A DNA stretch of 64,000 nucleotides from positions 32,001-96,000 of IMG/VR virus record IMGVR_UViG_3300047472_000191; one strand, written 5' to 3'. A program made the position numbers and the translations under genes. Source of the stretch: a virus. The notes beneath the pieces are model-generated. The model saw nothing but the letters and a program-made list of their open reading frames with translations. It searched no databases and had not been told where the DNA came from. Each line of letters begins with the position of its first letter. The stretch's first letter is position 1. Below, piece by piece: positions 8,203 through 16,227 of the stretch.

Positions 8203-9393
8203 TCAGGTTCCGCTCATGGTTTGGGTTTCAGTCGCTGGGTTTGCCCGCCGGTGCCACGCGGCACGTGCCTCCTTGAGCCGGGCGTACGCAGTGGACCGAG
8301 TGAGTTCGAGTTCGTTCTGAACCACCGGGATGTTCACTAGGTCAAACCCGAGCAGATCCATCAGTTCGAGAACAGCTGTGACCTGCGCGGTCTTCGTCGT
8401 GGCCCGGTCGGTCAAACTCACAGGCGTGGGCGCAGTTTGCTCCACAGGGGGTTCGGGTTTGAGTTTACCTGGCCCCTGAGCAGCAGCCTGCTCCGATTCG
8501 AGTTTGCCGGGCTCCTCAGGAAGTTCGGCAGGGAGTTCGAGTTCGTCAGAGAGTTCACCGGAGAGTTCGCCCGGAAGTTCGCTGGGCATCTCAGGGAGTT
8601 CGGCGGGGGCGAGTTCGGGTTCAGCCGGGGGTTCGGCGGGCTCCGTAGGAAGTTCGGGTTCGTTGGGGAGTTCGGCCGGTACGCGTTCAAGCACGGGACT
8701 GGGCGCCGCCGTCAGTTCCGGAACCCCCTCCGCAGGCGCCAGCTCTCCCATCCGCAGCCGTACCCGCTGAATCTGCGTCGTCTTCCGGCGCCACCCTCGC
8801 CCGTGCTTGTCCCTCAGCTCCGCCCTAGCCATGAGGCGCGCGCTCTCCAGCCGCAGCCCTGTCCGGTACGACGTGACCTCCCACAGGACCATTCGCCGCC
8901 ACAGCCGGGCTGTAGAGAATGGGGCCAGGAGCCACCGGGACTTTCTCACCCGTTCCATGCGGCGCCCGGTGACGGCCCCGATAAGCGCCCGGTACACGTG
9001 TGCGGCGATTTCTGAGCAGACCACCCACAGCAGCGGGAGGGCGCCGTGGCCGATCTGAGGTGCGAGACTGTTTCCGGCTGCGGAGACATTCAGGTACATC
9101 GTCACCGCTGTGAGCGTCCACGGAACTGCCCGCACCCACCCGAGGGGCATATCGGCCCGAATTAGCAGGAGGTGGGCCAGGGAGAATACGGGGATGGCTA
9201 TGTCGACGGCTACGGGGAGAATCCAGAAGGGACGGAATCCCCATTCCTGTGCCTGCTGTCCGACCGTATCGAAGGATGCGAGTAGGCCGAGTGCGCCGAC
9301 CCCGAACGCGCCTATGATCACCGCTACGAGAAGGTATCGTTCGAATCGCAGCAGGTCGGGGATTTTGTTGTCGGGGGGCTGATCCGGCGTCAT
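8203..9393 (-). CDS. DUF2637-like membrane protein (plasmid/AICE spread, Spd-like) with EL/P repeat linker and C-terminal HTH
   Basis: Four hydrophobic segments, LASF..V, P.AVD, LNV, H...P, RW.LAP..T.RLWRRM.LWE..SY. Confidence 0.75.
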   Translation of the reverse strand: MTPDQPPDNKIPDLLRFERYLLVAVIIGAFGVGALGLLASFDTVGQQAQEWGFRPFWILPVAVDIAIPVFSLAHLLLIRADMPLGWVRAVPWTLTAVTMYLNVSAAGNSLAPQIGHGALPLLWVVCSEIAAHVYRALIGAVTGRRMERVRKSRWLLAPFSTARLWRRMVLWEVTSYRTGLRLESARLMARAELRDKHGRGWRRKTTQIQRVRLRMGELAPAEGVPELTAAPSPVLERVPAELPNEPELPTEPAEPPAEPELAPAELPEMPSELPGELSGELSDELELPAELPEEPGKLESEQAAAQGPGKLKPEPPVEQTAPTPVSLTDRATTKTAQVTAVLELMDLLGFDLVNIPVVQNELELTRSTAYARLKEARAAWHRRANPATETQTMSGT

Positions 9394-9504
9394 TTCGCAT
9401 GTCCTTTCGAGGTAGATCAAGTGGTGGTAGTCTAGCACTTTTGTGCTGGTCAGAGACGGATATAGCCGCCCATCACTGGACGGCTATAGACCTGATTTCA
9501 CCGG

Positions 9505-10194
9505 TCAGGAACGGGGCTTTTTCCGTGGAATGTCCGGAAGCCACCAGTCCAATACCGCGTCAAGGAAATCCGACCGGGACGGGAACCCGTACCCCTCCCA
9601 GATGACGTCAATGACAGCCAGCTCCTGCCGAGAAGGCCGGAAAGGCTGCTGGGCAGTCTGTTTGATCCGGCCCCGAGCCGATCGCCGTCCTTCTACCTCC
9701 CCGAACAGACTGCCTGAATCGTCTTCATCGTCTTCATCCGGTTGGAGCCGTGCGAGGGCCCTTTCCCGGATTTCGAAGAAGGCCCCAGCGTTGTTTGCAG
9801 CGTTCACAGCCCGCCGGACCACCACGGCATTAGTGGGAGTCCGGCTCGTCTCCTGGGTCTTGGCCGCCTGGTACGTGTCGAACCTGTCCCGTACGTCCAA
9901 GGAGATGTTGACCGCGCACTGCATGGTCAGTTTCCCTGTCGGTCCAAGGTCCGGAAACGTGAGAGCGATCGGGTCGGGCCGGATGCTCTCCACCGGGGCA
10001 GGCTGTGCAGGCACCAGGACGGGTTCAGGGGCCTCCGGCTCGACAACGGGAGCCGGTTCCTCGGCGACAACCGGCAGAGGCGCTACAGGGGCCTCTGGAG
10101 CCTTTGCAACCCGGGGCTTCTCCCGCTGCGGTCGCCGGGCGAAAGCCGCCGCCAGATCCGGATCATCCGGAAGCCCGCCAAGCCGCTCGGTCAT
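9505..10194 (-). CDS. ParA partner / centromere-binding protein (ribbon-helix-helix-like)
   Basis: Overlaps the parA stop; disordered N-terminus; C-terminal GFPSRSDFLDAVL. Confidence 0.6.
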   Translation of the reverse strand: MTERLGGLPDDPDLAAAFARRPQREKPRVAKAPEAPVAPLPVVAEEPAPVVEPEAPEPVLVPAQPAPVESIRPDPIALTFPDLGPTGKLTMQCAVNISLDVRDRFDTYQAAKTQETSRTPTNAVVVRRAVNAANNAGAFFEIRERALARLQPDEDDEDDSGSLFGEVEGRRSARGRIKQTAQQPFRPSRQELAVIDVIWEGYGFPSRSDFLDAVLDWWLPDIPRKKPRS

Positions 10195-11162
10195 GCCGCG
10201 TCCACCTCGTCATCCAGGGCGAACCACGTCTGCACGACCTCCATCGCAAGGGACTGGTAGTCCCCGGCGAGCGCCCGGATAGACGGCAGCAGCTTGGGGT
10301 CCACCTCCTTGGAATTCCGCAGCTCCTGCGGCACCTTGCCAAGCTCACGGCACTTCACGGCCGCGGCCTCCACATGGCGGATGGCCTGATCGAACACCGG
10401 GGCGGTGCCCTGGAGATCCCTCTCCAGCTGCTCCTTGATGTTCTTCTGCACCTTCGTGGCCGACGTGTTCGTGGAGAACAGGACGACGCCCAGCAGCCGC
10501 AGAAGCGGGTTCAAGTCCAGTGCGGTGACGAAACGCCGGGCCACGACCCGCAGCCCCTTACGGGACGAAGGATCCGACTTGGACGGAATCAGCACCATGT
10601 CGCCGGACGTGAGCGCCTGTAGCTGGAGAACATCCGACCCGGGGGCTACGTCGAGGATGATGCAGTCGAACTCCTCGCGCAGCGGGTCGATCGCAGCCGC
10701 GTACATACCCATCCACGCGGTGCGATCCTCAGACTCGCCCTGGGACATGGCGATACGCCGCTGTACATACAGCTCCTCGACCACGTTCTCCAGCTCGGTA
10801 CCGCCCGGGACGACGTACAAGTTCGGGCGTGCGGGGCCGGTCGGGGCCAGAGGCTTGCCTTCCAGGATGGCGGCGGCTTGAGCGGAACCGTTGTCGTCGA
10901 GCTGAGTTTTGGTGATGCCGAGGTCTTCACAGTTGTTGCCCTGTTCGTCCATCTCGATGAGCAGGGTCTTTTTGCCGATGGCTGCCAGCGCCACAGCGAG
11001 GGCGGCTGCCGTGGACGATTTGCCGACGCCTCCCTTGCCGTTGACGATGACGATGATCTTTCGGAGCAGGTCGCCGTTGTCGATGAGCTGGAGTCGGCGG
11101 CGGAGTGCCTTCTTCACCGTGTCGAGCTGGACCAGCGTGATGCTGGCTTGGATGGCTGGCAT
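10191..11162 (-). CDS. parA: ParA family partition ATPase
   Basis: Deviant Walker A NGKGGVGKSS, LLIEMDEQGN, IILDVAP. Confidence 0.93.
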   Translation of the reverse strand: MPAIQASITLVQLDTVKKALRRRLQLIDNGDLLRKIIVIVNGKGGVGKSSTAAALAVALAAIGKKTLLIEMDEQGNNCEDLGITKTQLDDNGSAQAAAILEGKPLAPTGPARPNLYVVPGGTELENVVEELYVQRRIAMSQGESEDRTAWMGMYAAAIDPLREEFDCIILDVAPGSDVLQLQALTSGDMVLIPSKSDPSSRKGLRVVARRFVTALDLNPLLRLLGVVLFSTNTSATKVQKNIKEQLERDLQGTAPVFDQAIRHVEAAAVKCRELGKVPQELRNSKEVDPKLLPSIRALAGDYQSLAMEVVQTWFALDDEVDAA

Positions 11163-11277
11163 GGGGGTGCCTTCCTGTGACGGGTTGGGGTCGGGCCAGT
11201 CCCAGAGGTTACACAGGATGAGGGGAGATACAACGGTGACGGGTCGTTATGTACTCGTATGGGAGGCCCTGGACGCA

Positions 11278-11306
11278 CGAAAGGCCCGGCACGTGGCCGG
11301 GCCTTC
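11278..11306 (-). terminator. stem-loop between the deaminase operon and parA
   Basis: AAGGCCCGGC / GCCGGGCCTT. Confidence 0.55.
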
Positions 11307-11330
11307 GGTGTTTGGTGCGGAGTGCGCGCT

Positions 11331-11384
11331 TAGCACGCTAGAGGACATGACCATTAGCACGTCGTCTAGCACGGGTATTAGCAA
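11331..11384. repeat. 12-bp-phased TAGCAC repeats, candidate parS
   Basis: TAGCAC at 11331, 11355, 11367 and TAGCAA at 11379, upstream of parA. Confidence 0.5.
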
Positions 11385-11396
11385 AGCGGTGCGGGG

Positions 11397-12047
11397 CTAC
11401 GGCTTGAGGGGCTCCCAGCAGCCGCACTTGAAACGACAGTGGGTGTGCTGGCGGGTAGTCGGGTCCCAGTGACTGGTGAGGACGTGCCCGCACCCCCGGC
11501 GCTCACACACCGGCGGGTCATCGACCGGATACCGGTCCGTGTTGTACGCGATGGACCTTGGGTCCCGGTTGTCGCCCCACTCCCGCATGAGCCGTTCCCG
11601 CGTAACGATCCGGGTGATCCCCATGGCACCTATGAGCGCCTCGCATTGCGGGCAAGGTTCATCGGTGATGTAGATGGTGGCGCCCTTGAGGGCTTCCCGG
11701 CCTACTGCCGCGACAGCCTGGAGAACGGCGTTGTGCTCGGCGTGAATGGCAGAACAGCGCCAGCCCGGGGCGTTGTAGTCCCCGCCCGGCGGGACGTCCT
11801 CCTTGGACCGCAGGCCGCGCTCACAGCCCTTCTCCTCGAAGGAGCAGTGGGGTTTCCCGGAGCCGGTGCCGTTGTAGCCGGTGCCGACTATGTTCGGCGG
11901 GGACCCGGCCGTGATGACCGCGCCGACGTGGCGACGGGTGCAGATGGCCATCTCAGCTTCGCCATGGGCGTGTTTCAGGTTGACCTTGTCCCGGAGTTCC
12001 TTGCGCTGCTGCTCGTATTCCGGGCCGCGTTCGACGGGTCGTTCCAT
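11397..12047 (-). CDS. deoxycytidylate (dCMP) deaminase family protein
   Basis: C.RRHVGAVI, TGYNG, HAEHNA, PCPQC. Confidence 0.9.
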   Translation of the reverse strand: MERPVERGPEYEQQRKELRDKVNLKHAHGEAEMAICTRRHVGAVITAGSPPNIVGTGYNGTGSGKPHCSFEEKGCERGLRSKEDVPPGGDYNAPGWRCSAIHAEHNAVLQAVAAVGREALKGATIYITDEPCPQCEALIGAMGITRIVTRERLMREWGDNRDPRSIAYNTDRYPVDDPPVCERRGCGHVLTSHWDPTTRQHTHCRFKCGCWEPLKP

Positions 12048-12107
12048 GGTGTTCTCCGTTCCACGAAAAGAGGGCTGCACGGTTTCCCGTACAGCCCCCA
12101 GGGGTTG

Positions 12108-13154
12108 TTACAGCTGCTCTGCCAGCTTGCGCAGCTCCTGCGCGGGACCCGTCTCCAGCTGGTCCACCCACTCGGTCGGCCACTCGACTCCGGCCGCGCC
12201 ACGGATGTTGCCCGCGATCGCCGCGAGGGAGTCGCTGTCTCCGTTCGAGACGGCTGCACGCTGGAGAACCTGAACCGGCTTGTCCCAGAGACCGACGGTG
12301 CACAGCATGGCCCCGGCAAGCGCCTCGGGAGCCGTCCAGCCCTCACCCGTGATCTGGCAGGGGTCGCTGTCTCCGGCCCAGCCGTGGCGGAGCGCGTTCT
12401 GTGCCTCCATCAGGTACTTGGCGCACAGGTCGTATCCGGCCCGCAGGTACTCCTTGCTGGAGTGGTACTCGGACTGCTCCCACAGGTCACCGAGCACCCG
12501 GGTGGGGTAGCTAGTGCGCAGATGGGCATTCAGGGATTCCTCAATGAGGAAGTCCAGAAGCTCCATTCCCTCCATGCCGTCGTAGGCGCCGAGGGTTGCC
12601 GCCACCGTGAGCCCTGCCGCCGCCAGTGCTGCCGGGTGAGCGTGCGTTACGGCAGCTGACAGGTAGGCCAGGTTGATGGGGGACTCGTACAGGTCGTTGG
12701 ACAGTGCGATCGGTGCGACGCGCATGTTGGCGCCGCATCCCATGGTGTTGATGTCCGTGGCGTCCTGCCAGGTGTAGCCGTCGCGCAGCATGTCGCAGGC
12801 TCGCATGCAGGCGTTGCCGGGTGCCCGGCGGTTGTCGGGGTGCTGGGACCAGTAGACGTACTTACTGACCAGCTCGTCCGCGAAGCTCTCCGTGTACGTC
12901 CCGAGGTTGCTGGGTCGCATCTGGAGGAGGGCCCGGCCGGTGGCGATGGTCATCTGGGTGTCGTCGGAGATGAGTACCTTGCCGTCGGCGTCGCGGTAGC
13001 GCTTCGGGTGAGGGGCGTTGTCAAAGTCGGCGGTCTGCCAGTTCCGGCCGGGAAGGAAGTTCAGGATGTCGTTGGTGCGGTTGAACTCGCGGCTGTAGCC
13101 GAGGGCGTCTCCGAGGGCGCCTCCGATAAGCGAGGAAAGGGCCTTGGCATTCAA
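12108..13154 (-). CDS. ADP-ribosylglycohydrolase (DraG/ARH family)
   Basis: GDALG, SDDTQMT, GCGANMR, THAHP, NGDSDS..AIAG. Confidence 0.93.
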   Translation of the reverse strand: MNAKALSSLIGGALGDALGYSREFNRTNDILNFLPGRNWQTADFDNAPHPKRYRDADGKVLISDDTQMTIATGRALLQMRPSNLGTYTESFADELVSKYVYWSQHPDNRRAPGNACMRACDMLRDGYTWQDATDINTMGCGANMRVAPIALSNDLYESPINLAYLSAAVTHAHPAALAAAGLTVAATLGAYDGMEGMELLDFLIEESLNAHLRTSYPTRVLGDLWEQSEYHSSKEYLRAGYDLCAKYLMEAQNALRHGWAGDSDPCQITGEGWTAPEALAGAMLCTVGLWDKPVQVLQRAAVSNGDSDSLAAIAGNIRGAAGVEWPTEWVDQLETGPAQELRKLAEQL

Positions 13155-13228
13155 GGGTGCTCCTGAGGTGGGGTGGTTGGGTTGATGTATCTACCCTAGC
13201 ACACTTGTGAAATGATGCGCAAGCGTGA

Positions 13229-13444
13229 TCAGTCCGACTGCCGGGCAATCGCCGCGTTGGACCACATCATGACCTCTTCCAGATGCGTCACCGCGAGCGC
13301 CTTCTCCCGCCCCTCCGGCAACAAGAAGTTGAGCAGCAGAGCGAACATCAGACACTGATTCCTCACCTCCTCATGCTGGCTCACCCGCTCCGGCGTCTTC
13401 GGCGGGTGATACGCGAACCGGTTCCTCAGGTCGTCATCGTTCAT
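13229..13444 (-). CDS. Acb2/Tad1-like small helical protein (putative immune-signal sponge)
   Basis: RF.YHPP...H..VR...P.GREKALAVTHLEEVMMWSNAAIAR. Confidence 0.7.
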   Translation of the reverse strand: MNDDDLRNRFAYHPPKTPERVSQHEEVRNQCLMFALLLNFLLPEGREKALAVTHLEEVMMWSNAAIARQSD

Positions 13445-13501
13445 CGGTCGTCTCCTTCTCGTAGTTCCGCAGGAACCTGCGGACAGTCTTCGGGGGTCTC
13501 C

Positions 13502-13708
13502 TCAGTCTTCGAAGCAATCGCACCGAACACCGGTACGGATCGCACAGGACTCCTTGTGATTCGCCAGCACATGCACGCAAGGGATCTCTCCCCAGACGAA
13601 CCAACGCATGTAGTGGCGCCGGGGGTTGCCCTCCTCATCCCTGGGTGAGAGCGCCCCGCACTCGGTCTTGGTGCACCCATCCAGGACGTCAGAACACATT
13701 CCACACAT
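13502..13708 (-). CDS. hypothetical Cys-rich protein
   Basis: GGAGG RBS; start overlaps the upstream stop. Confidence 0.55.
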   Translation of the reverse strand: MCGMCSDVLDGCTKTECGALSPRDEEGNPRRHYMRWFVWGEIPCVHVLANHKESCAIRTGVRCDCFED

Positions 13709-13896
13709 CAGATCCCCTCCAGATACGCGTCAAGGGCCTGCTCGCCTCCACTGCGGAGAACGTGCAGACCCTTCTCTATGTCGGTCGGATAGGTGGCGGC
13801 GTACGCGGCGTACCAGTCGTCATCGGCGGCCGGGCCCAGGTACCAGAGTGCCGCCGTGAGGATGGCATCCCCAAGGGCTTTCTGGGCAGTGTTCAC
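13708..13896 (-). CDS. hypothetical protein
   Basis: GTG start next to tRNA 3' end; codon usage. Confidence 0.55.
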   Translation of the reverse strand: MNTAQKALGDAILTAALWYLGPAADDDWYAAYAATYPTDIEKGLHVLRSGGEQALDAYLEGI

Positions 13897-13897
13897 G

Positions 13898-13972
13898 TGC
13901 CCCCGGTGAGATTCGAACTCACGCTGTACGGCTTTTGAGGCCGTCGTCTCCTGGCCGCTGGACTACGAGGGC
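13898..13972 (-). tRNA. tRNA-Leu(CAA), short variable arm, no encoded CCA
   Basis: Acceptor GCCCTCG/CGGGGGC+A; anticodon arm ACGGC-CTCAAAA-GCCGT; T arm GTGAG-TTCGAAT-CTCAC. Confidence 0.9.
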
Positions 13973-14083
13973 GGGCCCTGCAATTAATGCTGCAATGGGT
14001 GTTCGTGCTGGTCAGAGTACGGCTGAGGGGGACCGCCGTCAAACAGTCCCCCTCTAGCACCCGAACCCGAGAGGATCCTATCA

Positions 14084-14917
14084 CTACTCCAGTGCGAGAC
14101 GCCCCCCGTGGACCTCGGTCTGACCGACCATCGCCCGCCGCCCGGCGGCACTGCCGTGCTCCCAGCCGTGGGTACTCCACTGCCCGCCAGTACGGGCGTT
14201 CCGGAGCCCGTCAAGCTCTTCGAACATCTGGGCAATCCGGGCGGCGGTGTCGACAAGTACCACCTCGTATCCCCTGCCCGCCTCCTGGACGGCATCCGCC
14301 CGCTTGAGCCGGATCCGCTCGGCGGCCTCCGAGTAAAACGCCAGGCAGAACGAACGGCGCCGCGTACGGATCTCAGAGTTGAGGTGCCTCACGAAGTCCT
14401 TGGGATCGTTCCCGTCGTTCTTCATCGCTGTGATGAGGCGCTGAATGTGGGCGATGGACGGTTCCTGCCGGGTCTCCGCGATGTACTTGATGCCCGCGTT
14501 GACCTCTTGCAGCATCAGGGACGGGAGCAGCACCTTGAGGATCTCCATGGCCGACTCGGTGGCGTAGGCCACGAGTTCCTCTTGTTCGCCCTTCCCGTGC
14601 GGGATGCTGCGTACGTACCCTCTGCCTCCGATGGCGTTCAGTACCTCGATGACGCCGTAGCCCCGGGTCGTATTGAGGCCGTAGGACGTCGGGTAGGTGA
14701 ACGTGTGGATGACGATGTCTTCCCGCTGGTACTGCCCGCTGTGCGGGTCCAGCTTCGCGGTGTCTACCCGGTGCTTGTCTGCGAGCCGGTACACCCGCTC
14801 CATGGCGACGTCGCGTTCTTCCTGCGTAGTGCCGGGGTCTTCGGCGAGTCTCAGCAGGCTTTTGATCTTTTCCTGGATGCGCTCGGAGGCGCCTGGGGCG
14901 GTGGTCGGGTCGGTCAT
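14084..14917 (-). CDS. DUF2786-type domain protein
   Basis: N-terminal IQEKIKSLLRLAED..TT.EE...A.....L..KH; C-terminal G..AGRRA.VG. Confidence 0.75.
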   Translation of the reverse strand: MTDPTTAPGASERIQEKIKSLLRLAEDPGTTQEERDVAMERVYRLADKHRVDTAKLDPHSGQYQREDIVIHTFTYPTSYGLNTTRGYGVIEVLNAIGGRGYVRSIPHGKGEQEELVAYATESAMEILKVLLPSLMLQEVNAGIKYIAETRQEPSIAHIQRLITAMKNDGNDPKDFVRHLNSEIRTRRRSFCLAFYSEAAERIRLKRADAVQEAGRGYEVVLVDTAARIAQMFEELDGLRNARTGGQWSTHGWEHGSAAGRRAMVGQTEVHGGRLALE

Positions 14918-15054
14918 TTTTCCTCGAAACGTGATGGGGGTTAGGTGCCTCAGCATATCAGGGTAGATAGATCTTGGATTTGGGTTGCGCCGTCTTCTCA
15001 GAGCGTGCTAGTGTAGATACATCGAACAGGGACACCAGAACCGAGGAGACCCCC

Positions 15055-15540
15055 ATGGCTGCCACCACCTACGCCCCCAAGACGATCAGCCCCAAGCAGT
15101 CCGCCTACATCGCGAGCCTCTTGGAGCTGCGGGAGGTCCCTCGGATCTTCGTCCTCCAGTTCACCGAGGACATGACCGCGTCGGCCGCCTCGGACCTGAT
15201 CGATTCGCTCAAGGAATGCCCCTGGAAGAACGACAAGCCCCAGGTCAAGAAGGGGGAGCCCGTCGGCGAGGGCTTCTACTGCCACGGAGAGAACTACTAC
15301 AAGGTTCAGACCTCCAAGACCTCTGGCAAGCGCTACGCGAAGATCTGGAACGGCAAGGGCTGGGACTACGCCTCGGGCGCGCTCTTCAAGCTCACCGACG
15401 CCAACAAGCTCACGGAGGCGCAGGCGGTGAAGTTCGGCAAGAAGACCGGACACTGCTGCATCTGCTCCAAACTCCTGACGAACCCCGAGTCCGTTTCGGC
15501 CGGAATTGGGCCGATTTGCAAGGGCAACATGGGCTGGTAA
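15055..15540 (+). CDS. DUF6011-type zinc-finger protein
   Basis: ISPKQ..YI..LL N-terminus; CCICSKLLTNPESV..GIGPIC. Confidence 0.8.
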   Translation: MAATTYAPKTISPKQSAYIASLLELREVPRIFVLQFTEDMTASAASDLIDSLKECPWKNDKPQVKKGEPVGEGFYCHGENYYKVQTSKTSGKRYAKIWNGKGWDYASGALFKLTDANKLTEAQAVKFGKKTGHCCICSKLLTNPESVSAGIGPICKGNMGW

Positions 15541-15591
15541 GACCCAACTGGGGGCCTTCGGGCCCCTTTCACCTTTTTGAGAGGAAACCCC

Positions 15592-16143
15592 ATGGAAGAT
15601 ATGGTCATCTGGCCGGGCACGCTGGACTACGAGGACTCCGGGGAGGGTGGCCTGTTCGCCTGGATGATCGTCCCCGAGTACATCGGCGACGGTGAGCCCT
15701 ACGGGACCGCCGCCAACACCTACGGCAACAACTGCCACGTAGACGTGACCGCGTACCTGTCCCGGCCCCGGGTCCTGCTCAAGTCCCCGGACGTGTGCGT
15801 GAGTCCCGAGGGGCGCAAGGTGTTCATGCCGTGGAAGCACCGGGACAGCTGGTTCGACCACTCTCAGGCGATCGACAAGCGCCTGAATCTCGACCCGAAC
15901 ATTGACGGGGACCGGAGGCTCCGGATGGCCCTCTTGCAGACCCTCGGTGCCGATGACATCAGCGTTCCGATGCTGGCGTCGGTGTTCCTCGGGTCGACGG
16001 GTCAGAGCCTGTACAGCAACCGTCAGGGCGGCTACTTCGCCGCGACAAAGGACGACCTGACCCTGAACGGGAAGACGCTGTACAACGCCTTCCAGCAGGT
16101 GTACGGGGTCGATCCGATCATCTTGACATTTTTGGATACGTGA
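15592..16143 (+). CDS. hypothetical protein
   Basis: GAGG RBS, codon usage; ends ILTFLDT. Confidence 0.7.
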   Translation: MEDMVIWPGTLDYEDSGEGGLFAWMIVPEYIGDGEPYGTAANTYGNNCHVDVTAYLSRPRVLLKSPDVCVSPEGRKVFMPWKHRDSWFDHSQAIDKRLNLDPNIDGDRRLRMALLQTLGADDISVPMLASVFLGSTGQSLYSNRQGGYFAATKDDLTLNGKTLYNAFQQVYGVDPIILTFLDT

Positions 16144-16227
16144 CCGTACCGGGGAGGGGGCCATTTGCGGTTCCCCTCCCCTTTCGCTAGGGTAGATACA
16201 ACGTACTTGAACCGCCCGGAGGTTCCC

